A DNA stretch of 64,000 nt from Candidatus Bathyarchaeota archaeon. GTDB taxonomy: Archaea > Thermoproteota > Bathyarchaeia > 40CM-2-53-6. The notes beneath the pieces were generated by a model. It ran no database searches. It was not told the DNA's origin and saw nothing but the letters and a program-made list of their open reading frames with translations. The translations under genes and the position numbers were made by a program. Below are positions 1-10,578 of the stretch, one piece after another (within the stretch, counting starts at the first letter, position 1; every line of letters starts with the position of its first letter). Location: the NCBI GenBank assembly GCA_963753065.1, contig CAVWAQ010000001.1, positions 303,441 to 367,440 on the forward strand, written 5' to 3'.

Positions 1-1
1 T

Positions 2-937
2 ACTATATCGGCGGTTGCGATAATTTGCGCCGTCGCATTCTCCTCCTTTTTCCCAAATTTCCACACCGCCCTTAGCGCGCAAGTTATTTTCACAGTTGCT
101 GCAACTTACGCCATAGTCGGCGTTGGTGAAAGCATGCTGCTCATATCTGGAGAGCTGGATCTTTCTGTAGGAACTGTTTTCGCTCTAGCGCCATTTCTCA
201 TGAACTCTTTTTATGTCCAGGGCATTCCTCTTCTGATAGCTTTTCTGATGTCCTTGCTATTAATGGCGGGAGTTGGTTTCGCAAATGGATACGTGACTGC
301 CAAGGTTGGCGTCCCCGCGTTGATTACAACACTTGGGATGTTCTTCTTGATCAGAGGATTGACGTTGATCGTATCCAACTTTCATCTCATCACCCTCCCA
401 GACATAGAACCATTCAGAACTCTGGTCGGCTCTGGGGTGATTTTCGGGATCGTTCCGATTCCGATGATTTGGGCTGTGGGTGCCACTGCCGTTGTTGCGC
501 TTATTCTTCAAAGGACTCGACACGGATTATGGACAGTCGCTACCGGAAGTAATCCAACTGGGGCTGCGGAAGTCGGGGTTAACACGGTGCGGACAAAAAT
601 CTATAACTTCATGCTCACAGCAATTCTTGCTGGACTCGCAGGGATCATACAGGCTATGCGAATAGGGTCAGCTGAGCCCGTTCAAGGAGGATTTGGTCTA
701 ACCCTTGGGAGCATTGCCGCTTCCGCGGTTGGGGGGACCTCCATGCTCGGTGGATCAGGGACAATCATCGGAACACTGATAGGTTCACTTTTGTTCGGGA
801 TCTTCAGAGACGGTCTCATCATAGGTGGAGCGAGCGAAATCATATACGAGATGGCATTGGGCATAGCGGTAGTCTTGTCGGTCAGCCTGAACGCGTTGCT
901 AATCGGCCATCGAGCAAGGTCGGGTACGCATATTTGA
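2..937 (+). CDS. ABC transporter permease, ribose/xylose (CUT2)-type; 5' end cut by the window edge
   Basis: The reading frame is open from nt 2 into the listed ORF 134..937. The sequence is polytopic and hydrophobic. It shares the GGTSxxGGSGTIIG motif with the next permease. The gene order is permease-permease-ATPase. Confidence 0.8.
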   Translation, partial: TISAVAIICAVAFSSFFPNFHTALSAQVIFTVAATYAIVGVGESMLLISGELDLSVGTVFALAPFLMNSFYVQGIPLLIAFLMSLLLMAGVGFANGYVTAKVGVPALITTLGMFFLIRGLTLIVSNFHLITLPDIEPFRTLVGSGVIFGIVPIPMIWAVGATAVVALILQRTRHGLWTVATGSNPTGAAEVGVNTVRTKIYNFMLTAILAGLAGIIQAMRIGSAEPVQGGFGLTLGSIAASAVGGTSMLGGSGTIIGTLIGSLLFGIFRDGLIIGGASEIIYEMALGIAVVLSVSLNALLIGHRARSGTHI

Positions 938-1926
938 GAACCACCCCGCGGAGATATACGGTTAAAGACTTTCTCTCGATGAGGGAGGGCGCCGTTGTCA
1001 TGGTTACTGTGGTTCTGATTGTTGGCTTTACCTCATTGAAAGGCAGCTTCCTGACCGTAGCGAATTCCAAGAACCTAGCGGATTTTGTGGCCGGAAACGT
1101 TGCAGTCGCGGCAGCCCAAGTCATGCTCATGATCGTCGGCGAAATAGACCTCTCAGTAGGACAGGTTTACGCATTGTCACCTTATGTGATGTATCTTGTC
1201 TATCAGGACGGTCTATCATTTGGCATCGGAATCCCAGTAGCGATCCTGGCCGCTGCGCTAGTCGGACTTGTCAATGGAATCGTAACTGTCAGGCTTCATG
1301 TTCCTTCGCTCATTGCGACTCTCGGCATGGGGTTTTTCCTATCTGGCTTCAACATCTACATCTCAAATGGATGGTACCAAATAATGCCTAAGCAGGAGCC
1401 CTACACGGCCGTGTTTGGAGGCGGCGTCATAGCCGGAATTGATGTTACTTATTTGTGGACAGCAGCCGCCCTCGTAGCAATGGCCGTAGTGCTTGCTAGA
1501 ATGCGACATGGGATTTGGTCTATAGCAACCGGCGGCAACCTGTTCGGTGCAAGGGAGGTTGGCGTCAACATACGGAGAACAAAGATCATGAACTTCATTC
1601 TGGCCTCTGTAATTGCTGGGATTTGGGGGATCTTCATTGCGAACCGGGGATTCACATTTGGCGCAAGCGGCGTCGCAGATCCAGCTCAAGGGGGCGACAC
1701 TTTAACCTTGGAGAGCATTGCAGCGGCAGTAATAGGAGGGACATCGCTCATGGGCGGCTCCGGAACAATAATCGGGGCCTTCGCAGGGTCACTACTGATT
1801 GCCGTCCTGCAAGATGGGCTGATATTGGTGGGAGCAGGCGCTTTTATCTACCAAACCTTATTGGGTATCGCGATAATCCTCAGCATGGCCCTTAACATAC
1901 AAGCGAGGAAGTGGGCAAGAAAATGA
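934..1926 (+). CDS. ABC transporter permease, ribose/xylose (CUT2)-type
   Basis: 330 aa hydrophobic paralog of the upstream ORF (VIGGTSLMGGSGTIIG). The TTG start overlaps the upstream stop. An alternative ATG start lies at 979. Confidence 0.8.
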   Translation: MRTTPRRYTVKDFLSMREGAVVMVTVVLIVGFTSLKGSFLTVANSKNLADFVAGNVAVAAAQVMLMIVGEIDLSVGQVYALSPYVMYLVYQDGLSFGIGIPVAILAAALVGLVNGIVTVRLHVPSLIATLGMGFFLSGFNIYISNGWYQIMPKQEPYTAVFGGGVIAGIDVTYLWTAAALVAMAVVLARMRHGIWSIATGGNLFGAREVGVNIRRTKIMNFILASVIAGIWGIFIANRGFTFGASGVADPAQGGDTLTLESIAAAVIGGTSLMGGSGTIIGAFAGSLLIAVLQDGLILVGAGAFIYQTLLGIAIILSMALNIQARKWARK

Positions 1927-2687
1927 CTGCTGTAGTAAGTGAAGAGCAACCCGTTGTGAAGATGGAAGGGATCAGCAAGAATTTCGGGGCTATCAAAGCG
2001 CTTGACGATGTGACTATTACAGTTCAGCGTGGGGAAGTTCTAGGCATTGTCGGAGACAACGGAGCGGGCAAGTCTACTCTGATAAAGATTCTTTCGGGAG
2101 TCTATCAGCCGGACAAAGGCGAGATCTACTTCGACGGAAAGAAAGTAACATTCAACTCTCCCATCGACGCTAGGAAAATGGGAATCGAGACCATCTATCA
2201 AGACCTCGCCCTAGTCGACGACCTAAGCATCTACCACAATATCTTTCTCGCAAAAGAACAGTTTCTCAACGCAACGCCCGTTGTGAGATTTCTAGACAAC
2301 AAGAAGATGAGGACCAGCGCCGGGGGATTCCTGAAGGACCTTGAGATTGACATTCCGGAGATTAATGCCAAAGCGAGACTTCTTTCTGGAGGTCAACGCC
2401 AGGCGATAGCAATAGCTCGCTCAGTATATTTCTCTGCGAAGCTTCTCATCATGGATGAACCGACAGCAGCCCTAGGCGTGGTTGAAACGAAAAGGGTCTT
2501 GGATCTTATCGAGAATTTGAAGAAGCGAAGGGATGTCGGGATAATAATCATCGCCCACAACCTTGCACACGTTCTCTTAGTCGCGGACAAAATCCTCATA
2601 CTTAGCAGAGGACGGGTGATCGCTGAAAGGGAAACGAAAGAAACAAACATAGATGACATTACTGAAATCATATCGAAAAGGGCCTAA
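1923..2687 (+). CDS. ABC transporter ATP-binding protein (single nucleotide-binding domain)
   Basis: Walker A GDNGAGKST, signature LSGGQRQ, Walker B LLIMDEPTAALG. The ATG at 1923 overlaps the permease stop (ATGA). The ORF track begins at 1911. Confidence 0.9.
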   Translation: MTAVVSEEQPVVKMEGISKNFGAIKALDDVTITVQRGEVLGIVGDNGAGKSTLIKILSGVYQPDKGEIYFDGKKVTFNSPIDARKMGIETIYQDLALVDDLSIYHNIFLAKEQFLNATPVVRFLDNKKMRTSAGGFLKDLEIDIPEINAKARLLSGGQRQAIAIARSVYFSAKLLIMDEPTAALGVVETKRVLDLIENLKKRRDVGIIIIAHNLAHVLLVADKILILSRGRVIAERETKETNIDDITEIISKRA

Positions 2688-3007
2688 GCCAGTTCAGATG
2701 TTGACGAACGATCGGGTTTCGGAAATTCTTCATTCGAAGCGAGCCTCAAGGCTCGTAGATCCTTTCTGTGCTCAGCGCAGCGACCTTTATGCTGGTACAT
2801 TTCGATTGAGCTAATACTTGTACCAAATTTGAAAAGGACCGTTGCCAACGCGTAGCTTCTTTCTCCACTTGACCTGTCACACGACCAGTAGACTTTCAGT
2901 GTGGAGGCCCCGTTAGCGGGAGTCGGTAGAGGCTCTTGCATGTTTCGACGCTAATGAACGGCCATGGCTTCCATAGATCGCAGGCACGTATGCCTGAATA
3001 TGGCTTA

Positions 3008-4021
3008 TCAAGCATTCCTGTATCTGGGTACGAGGTACGGCAGAACGCTCTTTCTGCAAACTTGCAAGAACTCTTCCTCATTTGTGCTGGCGCTGTGGAA
3101 CTCTATCTCGTTGAAGCCCATCGCGATAGCATCCTCAGCCTTCTTGATTAGCTCCTCTCCGTGGGTGACGATAGTCCAAACCTTTGCGAGCTCTAAATCA
3201 GAATACTCGTCGCCTCTCTTCTCTAACTCCCTTGGATCATATATTGGCGAGTTGAAAACGTCCGGTATCAATACGGATTTCCACTTTCGGGCAGCCTTCA
3301 CGGCCTTGTCGTAGTCTTCACCGTAAGAAACAAACAACTCTATGTGTTTACTTATGCTCGCAGGATCTCTGCCAGCATTCTTTGCTGTTCGCTCTATGAT
3401 GGACCAGAGTTCCTTGAATCTAGCGAGCGTAGGGTTTATGGTCGCGTATCCGTCCGCACACTTCCCTACGAGTGCTGCTGTTTTTGGGCCATTTGCAGCC
3501 AGATAGATTGGTATGCGAGTGCGCGGCTTGGTATAGAGGTTAGCTCCACTTAGCGAATAGAATCTTCCTTCATACTTGACGAAATCCGAGGACCAAAGTG
3601 CCCTGATTATTTCCACGGATTCTTTGAGGCGTTCAAGTCTTTCTTCAAATTTAGGCCAAGGAAAACCTAGTGGCACTTCATTCATTGCCTCCCCCGTTCC
3701 TAAACCTAGGAAGAAACGTCCTGGGAACATCTCATCCATAGTCGCGAATGCTTGTGCAATGATTGCTGGATGATATCTCCCAATAGGTGCTGCAACCATC
3801 GGTCCAAGTTTTATCTCTGGGACCGTGGCAGCCGCAGCGGAAATCCACGTCCACGCAAATCCCCCTGCGGCGCCACTATGGAACCAAGGATGAAAGTGGT
3901 CGCTAATAGGCATGGATTGGAATCCAACCTCATGAGCCAACCTTGCCAATTCGAGCAATTTGCTGGGTTGGTGTCCTTCCTGCTCAGCCCGATATCCGAA
4001 TTGGATAGGTAACAAGTGCAC
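3008..4021 (-). CDS. LLM-class F420-dependent oxidoreductase (G6PDH-family like)
   Basis: The N-terminus IQFGYRAEQEGHQPSKLLELARLAHEVGFQSMPISDHFHPW resembles the FGD / luciferase-like monooxygenase family. 337 aa. Confidence 0.7.
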   Translation of the reverse strand: MHLLPIQFGYRAEQEGHQPSKLLELARLAHEVGFQSMPISDHFHPWFHSGAAGGFAWTWISAAAATVPEIKLGPMVAAPIGRYHPAIIAQAFATMDEMFPGRFFLGLGTGEAMNEVPLGFPWPKFEERLERLKESVEIIRALWSSDFVKYEGRFYSLSGANLYTKPRTRIPIYLAANGPKTAALVGKCADGYATINPTLARFKELWSIIERTAKNAGRDPASISKHIELFVSYGEDYDKAVKAARKWKSVLIPDVFNSPIYDPRELEKRGDEYSDLELAKVWTIVTHGEELIKKAEDAIAMGFNEIEFHSASTNEEEFLQVCRKSVLPYLVPRYRNA

Positions 4022-4095
4022 TTACTGCCTTCACTTTCGACAAATCTGTTGAGAAAAATAAGGGTTACCTTGACCTGACAGCGTACATACAGAAG

Positions 4096-4915
4096 CTAGA
4101 ATAGAACATATCCTCCGCAGACCGATATGCATTGTCCAGTGACGTAGTCTGACAGATCGGTGACGAGGAATTCAACAACTTTGGCTACGTCTTTTGGATA
4201 ACCCATGCGACCAAGCGAGATCTGTTTGATTAGCTCTTCCGCGATTTCTTCCCTTCCATCTGCGATAGCTCTAGACGTGTATATCCATGCAGGGGCTACA
4301 CAATTGACGTTTATGTTGTAATGCCCAAGTTCTGCTGCGAGGCAGCGTGTGTAGTGTATGACTGCTGCCTTGGCTACGTTGTATGACATCGCATTGATCA
4401 TCTCTGGGGATGAATGCAAACCTGCTTGAGAGGCTATGTTGACTATCTTGCCGGATCTCTGTTGCTTCATTGGGATGCTCCCCGCTTGGCAACACAGTAT
4501 GCAGCTCCGCAGGTTAGCATCCATAATGTACCTGTGATCTTCCTCGGAGGCCGTGGAGGGGTACGTAGTTGGAGGCCCGGCTCGGGGACCCAAGGGATTC
4601 AGGTTACCTCCAGCGTTGTTGACCAGTATGTCCAGGTGCCCAAACTCGTCAAGGATCTGTCTTGAACATTCCATCTACTTGATTTCTGCTGGTCACGTCA
4701 GCTTGAATACCGACCGAGCGTCTGCCTAGCTTCTTGATTTCGTCTGCTACTGTCGGCGCAGTGAGTTCTTCGTGGTAATCCTTTGCTGATTCAAGGTTAA
4801 TGTCGTTGACCACTACATCGGCACCTATCTCAGCAAGGTGAAGGGCGTAGGCCCTACCCAGGCCTCTACCTGCCCCCGTGACCAGCGCGACCTTACCAGC
4901 AAGCTTCAGGCACAT
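4096..4915 (-). pseudogene. Short-chain dehydrogenase/reductase (SDR), interrupted by one frame shift near 4650-4675
   Basis: N-terminal ORF 4649..4915 carries the Rossmann motif TGAGRGLG. C-terminal ORF 4096..4674 continues with FGHLDILVNNAG and YNVAKAA (catalytic YxxxK). The two ORFs overlap in different frames. Confidence 0.8.
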
Positions 4916-4974
4916 GAGGAACTCAACAAGTTGGTACGCTGCCAGACCTCTCTATTACCTTATCCATGACGTGC

Positions 4975-6124
4975 TTACTTAAGCCTCAGTGGGTAGGCTC
5001 CAAACTTTCTTCCGGCTTCAAACATGGATTGGATATTTTCTACGGGGGTGTCAGGCTGTATGTTGTGAGCACCTGCCAATATGTAGCCGCCGTTCCGTGC
5101 TGCCAGTCGTATTACACGCTTTACTTCCGCAACGACATCATTCGGAGTCCCGAGAGGGAGAACTCTTTGAATATCAACTCCTCCGTGCAGACTCAGCTTG
5201 TCTCCGAATTCTTTCTTTATGTTTCCAATGTCCATGTTCGCTGCTAAGCGGTTGGATCGGATTGAGTACGTCTACGCCCACATCAATCAGATCTCCTATG
5301 AATGGATAAATGCTCCCACACGAGTGATGGAAGATCTTTGCCTTCGTCTTGCTGTGTATCAGATCGTACAGTTTCTTCCATCTCGGTTTGATGTACTTTC
5401 TAAGTAGTCCAGGCGAGATCATCGGGGCCGTCTGAGCTCCAACATCGTCACCCAACTCAACCATCTGGACATAGTCTCCTACCTCGTCCATGTAGCGACT
5501 GTAAAACCCCATGTACAGTTCTAGTACTTTGTCTAGAAGAGCTTCGGCAAAATCAGGCCTCTTGTACATGTCCACAGCGAATTTCTCGAATCCTCTTAGC
5601 CACCATGCGCACTCGAATATGCCTCCGAAGATTGCGTCGGCCACAAGCGCGTAGTCCGTTGTCTGGTAGACGTCCTTGACTTCTTCCCCCAGCCCTTCGT
5701 ACCTGGTTGGGTCTCTCGGGTCTGGCCACGCGTAGTCATCTAGGTCGTCTGTTCCCAAGTTCTGGAGCGGATGATAGATCATATCGTAGTAGTAGGGGCT
5801 CTTACCCCATTTTATCCCCCAATCGTCGATGAAGTATGGTCTGCCTGATGGGTCGTCGAATCGATCCTCGCCGCCAATGAAGAAGCCCTTCTTTAACGAG
5901 AAATGTCTGAAATCCACCTCAAGTGTTTTGAGGACAGCCTCATCAAGTATGGCGAGCTGCTGAATCTTGTCCGCTATTTTCACTTCAGGTTTCAATCCTA
6001 ATCGCTTGACCAGTCTCTCGTAGGCGAGAGAGTGCATGGAAGATACGCTTCCGCCCAAATCTATTGGAACTCTGTCCGGCTCTCTATGCTCTAGTGCCAA
6101 CGCAACTCTCTCTCTAGGTCTCAC
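4975..6124 (-). pseudogene. Uroporphyrinogen decarboxylase (URO-D) family protein, MtaA/CmuA-like methyltransferase type, with one frame shift near 5241-5252
   Basis: ORF 5174..6124 reads a URO-D-like body through VGVDVLNPIQP and then runs into nonsense. ORF 4975..5235 supplies the family C-terminus (MDIGNIKKEFGDKLSLHGGVDIQ...NGGYILAGAHNIQPDTPVENI). Confidence 0.75.
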
Positions 6125-6400
6125 TTAGAAGCCCTCGAGCAAGTGTCGAGAAGAACCCGTAGAAAAACTTGCTGTGGGCTTTCGCCTAATTAGTTGGATA
6201 TCGTTATCCGGAGACTCGAAACTCCACCCTTGATCATAACCGAGTCATTTGGTCGACTCTTCACAGCAGAGGGATCCGTTCTCTTCAGCGCACAATCTCG
6301 TCTTTCAATGCTTCGTCCAAACGACCCAGCTTGTTTTTATTGATGAGAGCCGTGCGTAGCTAGTTTCAACCGGCCGAGAAGCAAACAGGTTTGGAGAAAC

Positions 6401-7837
6401 TTGACGAGAGTCAAACTCGAGATTCTCACAAAAGACGAGTTGAGTCAGATCCACGATGCTTCACTTGAGGTCCTCGCGAGCGCTGGAGTGCAGGTTGATG
6501 ACTCTTCCGCTCGTGAAATGATGAGAGAAGCAGGAGCCCAAGTTGACGAGAGTAAAGGAATCGTCAAGATTCCAGAGGGGCTCGTTCAGGAGGCGTTGAG
6601 GAAAGCACCGAAGGAGTTTGCATTGTATGGCAGGGATGAAGTTGAGCCACTGAGGCTCGGGCAGTGGGACACCTACTTCACTACCGGCGGTTACGCGACC
6701 TATGTCTATGATCTCACAACCGGTGCGCGAAGAGAGGTCACGTCTCGCGATCTAGCAGACGCTGTCAAGCTCGCAGATGCGCTGCCAAACTGCGACCTTA
6801 TCGCAAATCTACCTGCCGCTCCGAGGGATGTCCCACAAGCAACTCTCGACAGGCATCAGTGGGCCATCGGACTAACGAACACGCGCAAGCATGTTCTGAG
6901 CGAGGCGAGAGGCTACGACAGCGTCAAGGATGCAATTGCAATGGCCGCCACAATTGCAGGAAGCACGGACGCATTGAAGAAGCGGCCAATCATCACATTC
7001 GATGTAACGACCATTAGTCCGCTCACCCAAGATCGGCTTCAGACCCAGGAAATAGTTGGAGGCGCTAGGAACGGAATACCAGTCAGCATAAGCCCGGGCC
7101 CAATGGCAGGCGCGAGTTCTCCAGTCACCTTGGCGGGCACCATGACTCAGGCGAACGCTGAATTTCTGAGCGGCTTGGTACTCTCACAAGTTGCGTCGCC
7201 TGGTGCTCCTGTCATCTACGCCTGCTGGGCGAGACATCTGGATCAGAAGACCGCCAACGTTACCATGGGGACCCCGGAGTTTGCACTTCTGAGGGTCTGC
7301 CAAGCACAGTTGGGCAGGCACTATGGCCTGCCGACGCGTGGAGGAGGCCTTGTCACCGATTCGAAGATAGCCGACGCGCAAAGCGGATACGAAAAGATGG
7401 CTACCTGTTTGATCCCGGCGATGGCAGGATTGAACATTGTTGCAGGCATGGCAATGGTGGACTCGTTGAATACGATGAGCTTTGAGCAGTTCATCTTGGA
7501 CGAGGAGATCGTTGGATTCGCGAGGAGGGTTCTCAAGGGGATAGACGTTACCGCGGAGAAGATTGCCGCGGACATAATCAAGACGATAGGGCCTGGCGGC
7601 AGTTTCCTAGGCACAAAGCATTCTCTGAAGCATTTCAGGGAAGAACTGTGGATGCCGCAGATCTCGGATAGGACGACTTGGTCTCAGTGGCATGAGAGAG
7701 GAGAGAAGGGTGCTGAAGTCAGGGCTCATGAGGCAGCCAAGAAGCTGCTCGCCTCACACCAACGCCCCGCGTTGCCAGATGAAGTCGAGAAGAAGATCTG
7801 GAGCATTGTCCGAGAAGCCGAGAAACGCCAAGCCTAA
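6401..7837 (+). CDS. MttB-superfamily methyltransferase (trimethylamine methyltransferase family), non-pyrrolysine type
   Basis: 478 aa uninterrupted ORF. The N-terminus LEILTKDELSQIHDASLEVLASAGVQVDD is typical of the MttB family. There is no in-frame TAG. Confidence 0.75.
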   Translation: MTRVKLEILTKDELSQIHDASLEVLASAGVQVDDSSAREMMREAGAQVDESKGIVKIPEGLVQEALRKAPKEFALYGRDEVEPLRLGQWDTYFTTGGYATYVYDLTTGARREVTSRDLADAVKLADALPNCDLIANLPAAPRDVPQATLDRHQWAIGLTNTRKHVLSEARGYDSVKDAIAMAATIAGSTDALKKRPIITFDVTTISPLTQDRLQTQEIVGGARNGIPVSISPGPMAGASSPVTLAGTMTQANAEFLSGLVLSQVASPGAPVIYACWARHLDQKTANVTMGTPEFALLRVCQAQLGRHYGLPTRGGGLVTDSKIADAQSGYEKMATCLIPAMAGLNIVAGMAMVDSLNTMSFEQFILDEEIVGFARRVLKGIDVTAEKIAADIIKTIGPGGSFLGTKHSLKHFREELWMPQISDRTTWSQWHERGEKGAEVRAHEAAKKLLASHQRPALPDEVEKKIWSIVREAEKRQA

Positions 7838-8487
7838 GGCGCATGGCATTTCAGTGACAGCATTATCGGTTCAATGATCTTTCCCACCTGTTCGGATGTC
7901 TCAGGCCGCGCGAAAGCGTAGACGACGTAGTACCTTCCCGACTCATCGCACTGCAGGTGCATGGAGTGCGAGTCCTGCGTCACCCGACGTGACCCGAACG
8001 GGAAACCTCCTCGGTCGACGAACATCCGCGTGTGAGTATAGGTGGCATCATGCCCCTGAATCTTCAAGTTCCTGGTCTCAGGAGTACCGTCCAGTTTCGC
8101 ACGTGTGCTCTTGATGGAGCGCTCAATGCTGGCAGATGCTTGAGCTGCGGCTGTTGCGTATCGCTTTCTCGCATCCTCCAGACTTCCCCATGATAGGAAA
8201 ACCTTGAAGCCCTCTTCAAGATGGAACACGATATCACCCTTTTCCCTTCGCGTCTTAGGATTGAGTTCAAGACGTGCGTTGTTCGGATAGTTGGCTGAGA
8301 GCCCGTACATCGCTAGGAGTTCGTACTCTGGTTGAGCAGTCTTCGATTCGTCGGCTTCTGTGCCTTCCGTCACAACTAGCTCTTCATCGCTTGCCTGCTT
8401 ACTGGTGTCTGAACCCTTCGTGGCTCGCTTTCGAGTGATCCCCAGCAATTTCAGTAGCTTGTGGGTAAGATCGTCCGTGTCTTTCAT
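7834..8487 (-). CDS. hypothetical protein
   Basis: 217 aa ORF convergent with the MttB-like gene. I recognise no motif. Confidence 0.35.
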   Translation of the reverse strand: MKDTDDLTHKLLKLLGITRKRATKGSDTSKQASDEELVVTEGTEADESKTAQPEYELLAMYGLSANYPNNARLELNPKTRREKGDIVFHLEEGFKVFLSWGSLEDARKRYATAAAQASASIERSIKSTRAKLDGTPETRNLKIQGHDATYTHTRMFVDRGGFPFGSRRVTQDSHSMHLQCDESGRYYVVYAFARPETSEQVGKIIEPIMLSLKCHAP

Positions 8488-8666
8488 GATTACTGCCTGA
8501 GGGCAAAATAGCGAGGTTGGATATTACCCCTCCGCACGCGGAGAGCGCTCACACGAGTTGCTTGCCAGCATGAGAGAACGGTATTTACATCCGAAGTGAT
8601 TGCATTCATTCGTAGTCATGATTCAATAACTGTGTCCGCGGTGATCCGAGGTCTGGTCGAGGTGGC

Positions 8667-9017
8667 TTGGTAGAACTGATCGAGTCCTATGATTTCGGTC
8701 GAATTGTGATCAATGGGATCGTCTACACGAAAGACGTGATAATCACAGGAGAGAAGACAATGGCCGGCTGGATGAGGAAGGAAGGGCATCTGCTGCAGGT
8801 TGCTGACATTAGCCAAGCGATAGAGGAGTCAGCTCCCGAGGTTACAATTGTCGGGACAGGCTACGACGGGATGATGAGTGTTCCGGAAGAAACCAGACTG
8901 TACTTCCAAAGGAAGGGCATCGAGTTGCTCGTCGAGAAGACAAGAGAGGCCTGCGACCTCTTCAACGTCTTGTCAAGAACCAAACGAACGCTAGCAGCTT
9001 TGCATCTCACCTGTTGA
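8667..9017 (+). CDS. Mth938-domain (DUF498-like) protein
   Basis: 116 aa. IESYDFGRIVINGIVYTKDVII...VTIVGTGYDG matches the Mth938-like family pattern as I remember it. Confidence 0.5.
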   Translation: MVELIESYDFGRIVINGIVYTKDVIITGEKTMAGWMRKEGHLLQVADISQAIEESAPEVTIVGTGYDGMMSVPEETRLYFQRKGIELLVEKTREACDLFNVLSRTKRTLAALHLTC

Positions 9018-9155
9018 CAACTGTCTTGAAAGAGCCGAGCGATGCATCGCTTTCTCAGACTTGCACCGCACCAGACAGAGATCTGAGAGGCACATTGACC
9101 ACAAAGGTGAATTACGTGACAGATCGGTTCGGTTGAACGGTCTAGGTGTTACGGG

Positions 9156-10469
9156 TTGGGCAAGGGCATAGAGATCAGCAAGCCATCGGGTAAGTTGGGT
9201 GTATTACTTGTCGGCCTCGGAGCTGTCAGTACAACGTTGATTGCCGGAGTCGAAGCCGTGAAGCTTGGAATCGCCAAGCCAATCGGCAGTCTCACGCAGA
9301 TGGGAACCATCCGCCTTGGGAAACGAACCGACAAAAGGACTCCCCTCATCAAGGAGTTCGTGCCCCTTGCGGACCTTCAAGATCTTGTGTTCGGTGCATG
9401 GGACATCTTTCCAGATGACGCATTTGTAGCCGCGTCGAAGGCTGCCGTCTTGGATCAGACACTGTTGAACAGTCTGGAGATACCGCTTCGGAATATCAAG
9501 CCAATGAAAGGCGCTTTTGAACAGAAATGGGTGAAGCGACTCACAGGGACCCATGTCAAGGTTGGCCGCAACAAGAAAGACCTCGCTGACCAAATTGTGG
9601 ACGACATCAAGCAGTTCAAGGCTAGGACAGGAGCTTCAAGGCTCGTCATGATCTGGTGTGCCTCCACAGAGGCATACACTACTATCAAACCCGAACATCA
9701 GAACCTTGCGGGATTTGAGAAGGCACTGGAAGACAATTCACCTGAGATATCTCCATCAATGATCTACGCTTATGCGGCTCTTGCGGCAGGAGTCCCATTC
9801 GCAAACGGTGCCCCGAATCTCTCCGTCGACATTCCAGCGCTTGTCGAGATGGCCAAACGCAACAACGTACCCATTGCCGGCAAAGACTTGAAGACCGGCC
9901 AGACTCTCATGAAAACTATCCTTGCGCCAGGATTCAAGGCGCGAATGATCGGCCTGCGCGGCTGGTACTCGACGAATATTCTGGGCAACCGAGATGGCGA
10001 GGTATTGGATGATCCTGAAAGCTTCAAGACCAAGGAAGAGTCCAAGCTCGGAGTTCTGCAGTACATACTTCAGCCCGAATTGTATCCTGACTTGTATGGA
10101 AACGTCAGACATCAAGTCAGAATTGACTACTATCCACCTCGAGGCGACAACAAGGAGGGGTGGGACAACATTGACATCTTCGGATGGCTCGGCTACCCCA
10201 TGCAGATCAAGATCAACTTCCTATGTAGGGATTCCATCCTCGCCGCTCCAGTCGTGCTGGATGTGGCACTTTTCATGGATCTAGCGCAGCGAAGCGGCAT
10301 GAAAGGGATCCAGGAATGGCTGAGTTTCTACTTCAAGAGCCCAATGACTGCACCAGGTCTCTACCCAGAGCATGACCTATTCATCCAGCTGATGAAACTG
10401 AAGAATACGCTCCGACACCTCAGAGGAGAAGAGCTGATCACACACCTAGGCCTCGAGTACTACGACTGA
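9156..10469 (+). CDS. inositol-3-phosphate synthase (myo-inositol-1-phosphate synthase)
   Basis: 437 aa. N-terminal NAD-binding GVLLVGLGAVSTTL. Conserved core NGAPN / IAGKDLKTGQT / LGNRDG typical of archaeal/bacterial MIPS. Confidence 0.85.
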   Translation: MGKGIEISKPSGKLGVLLVGLGAVSTTLIAGVEAVKLGIAKPIGSLTQMGTIRLGKRTDKRTPLIKEFVPLADLQDLVFGAWDIFPDDAFVAASKAAVLDQTLLNSLEIPLRNIKPMKGAFEQKWVKRLTGTHVKVGRNKKDLADQIVDDIKQFKARTGASRLVMIWCASTEAYTTIKPEHQNLAGFEKALEDNSPEISPSMIYAYAALAAGVPFANGAPNLSVDIPALVEMAKRNNVPIAGKDLKTGQTLMKTILAPGFKARMIGLRGWYSTNILGNRDGEVLDDPESFKTKEESKLGVLQYILQPELYPDLYGNVRHQVRIDYYPPRGDNKEGWDNIDIFGWLGYPMQIKINFLCRDSILAAPVVLDVALFMDLAQRSGMKGIQEWLSFYFKSPMTAPGLYPEHDLFIQLMKLKNTLRHLRGEELITHLGLEYYD

Positions 10470-10578
10470 CTAACGGAAACTCTACACAGCCCAATCGTAT
10501 TGTGCGCGCGTGCACGAACCCCTTCTACACTCGATCCAAGTCAGTCCGTACGCTCATTAAGGCCTCCTACAGGACATA

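Noticed and set aside
2684-2941. 85-aa minus-strand ORF between the ABC ATPase and the LLM oxidoreductase
   Set aside because: It has no motif, it overlaps the ATPase stop codon, and there is no supporting ribosome-binding sequence. It is too weak to call as a gene.
6401-7837. Possibility that the MttB homolog is a pyrrolysine-containing trimethylamine methyltransferase
   Set aside because: The 478-codon frame is uninterrupted and has no in-frame TAG. No pyl genes are visible in the window.
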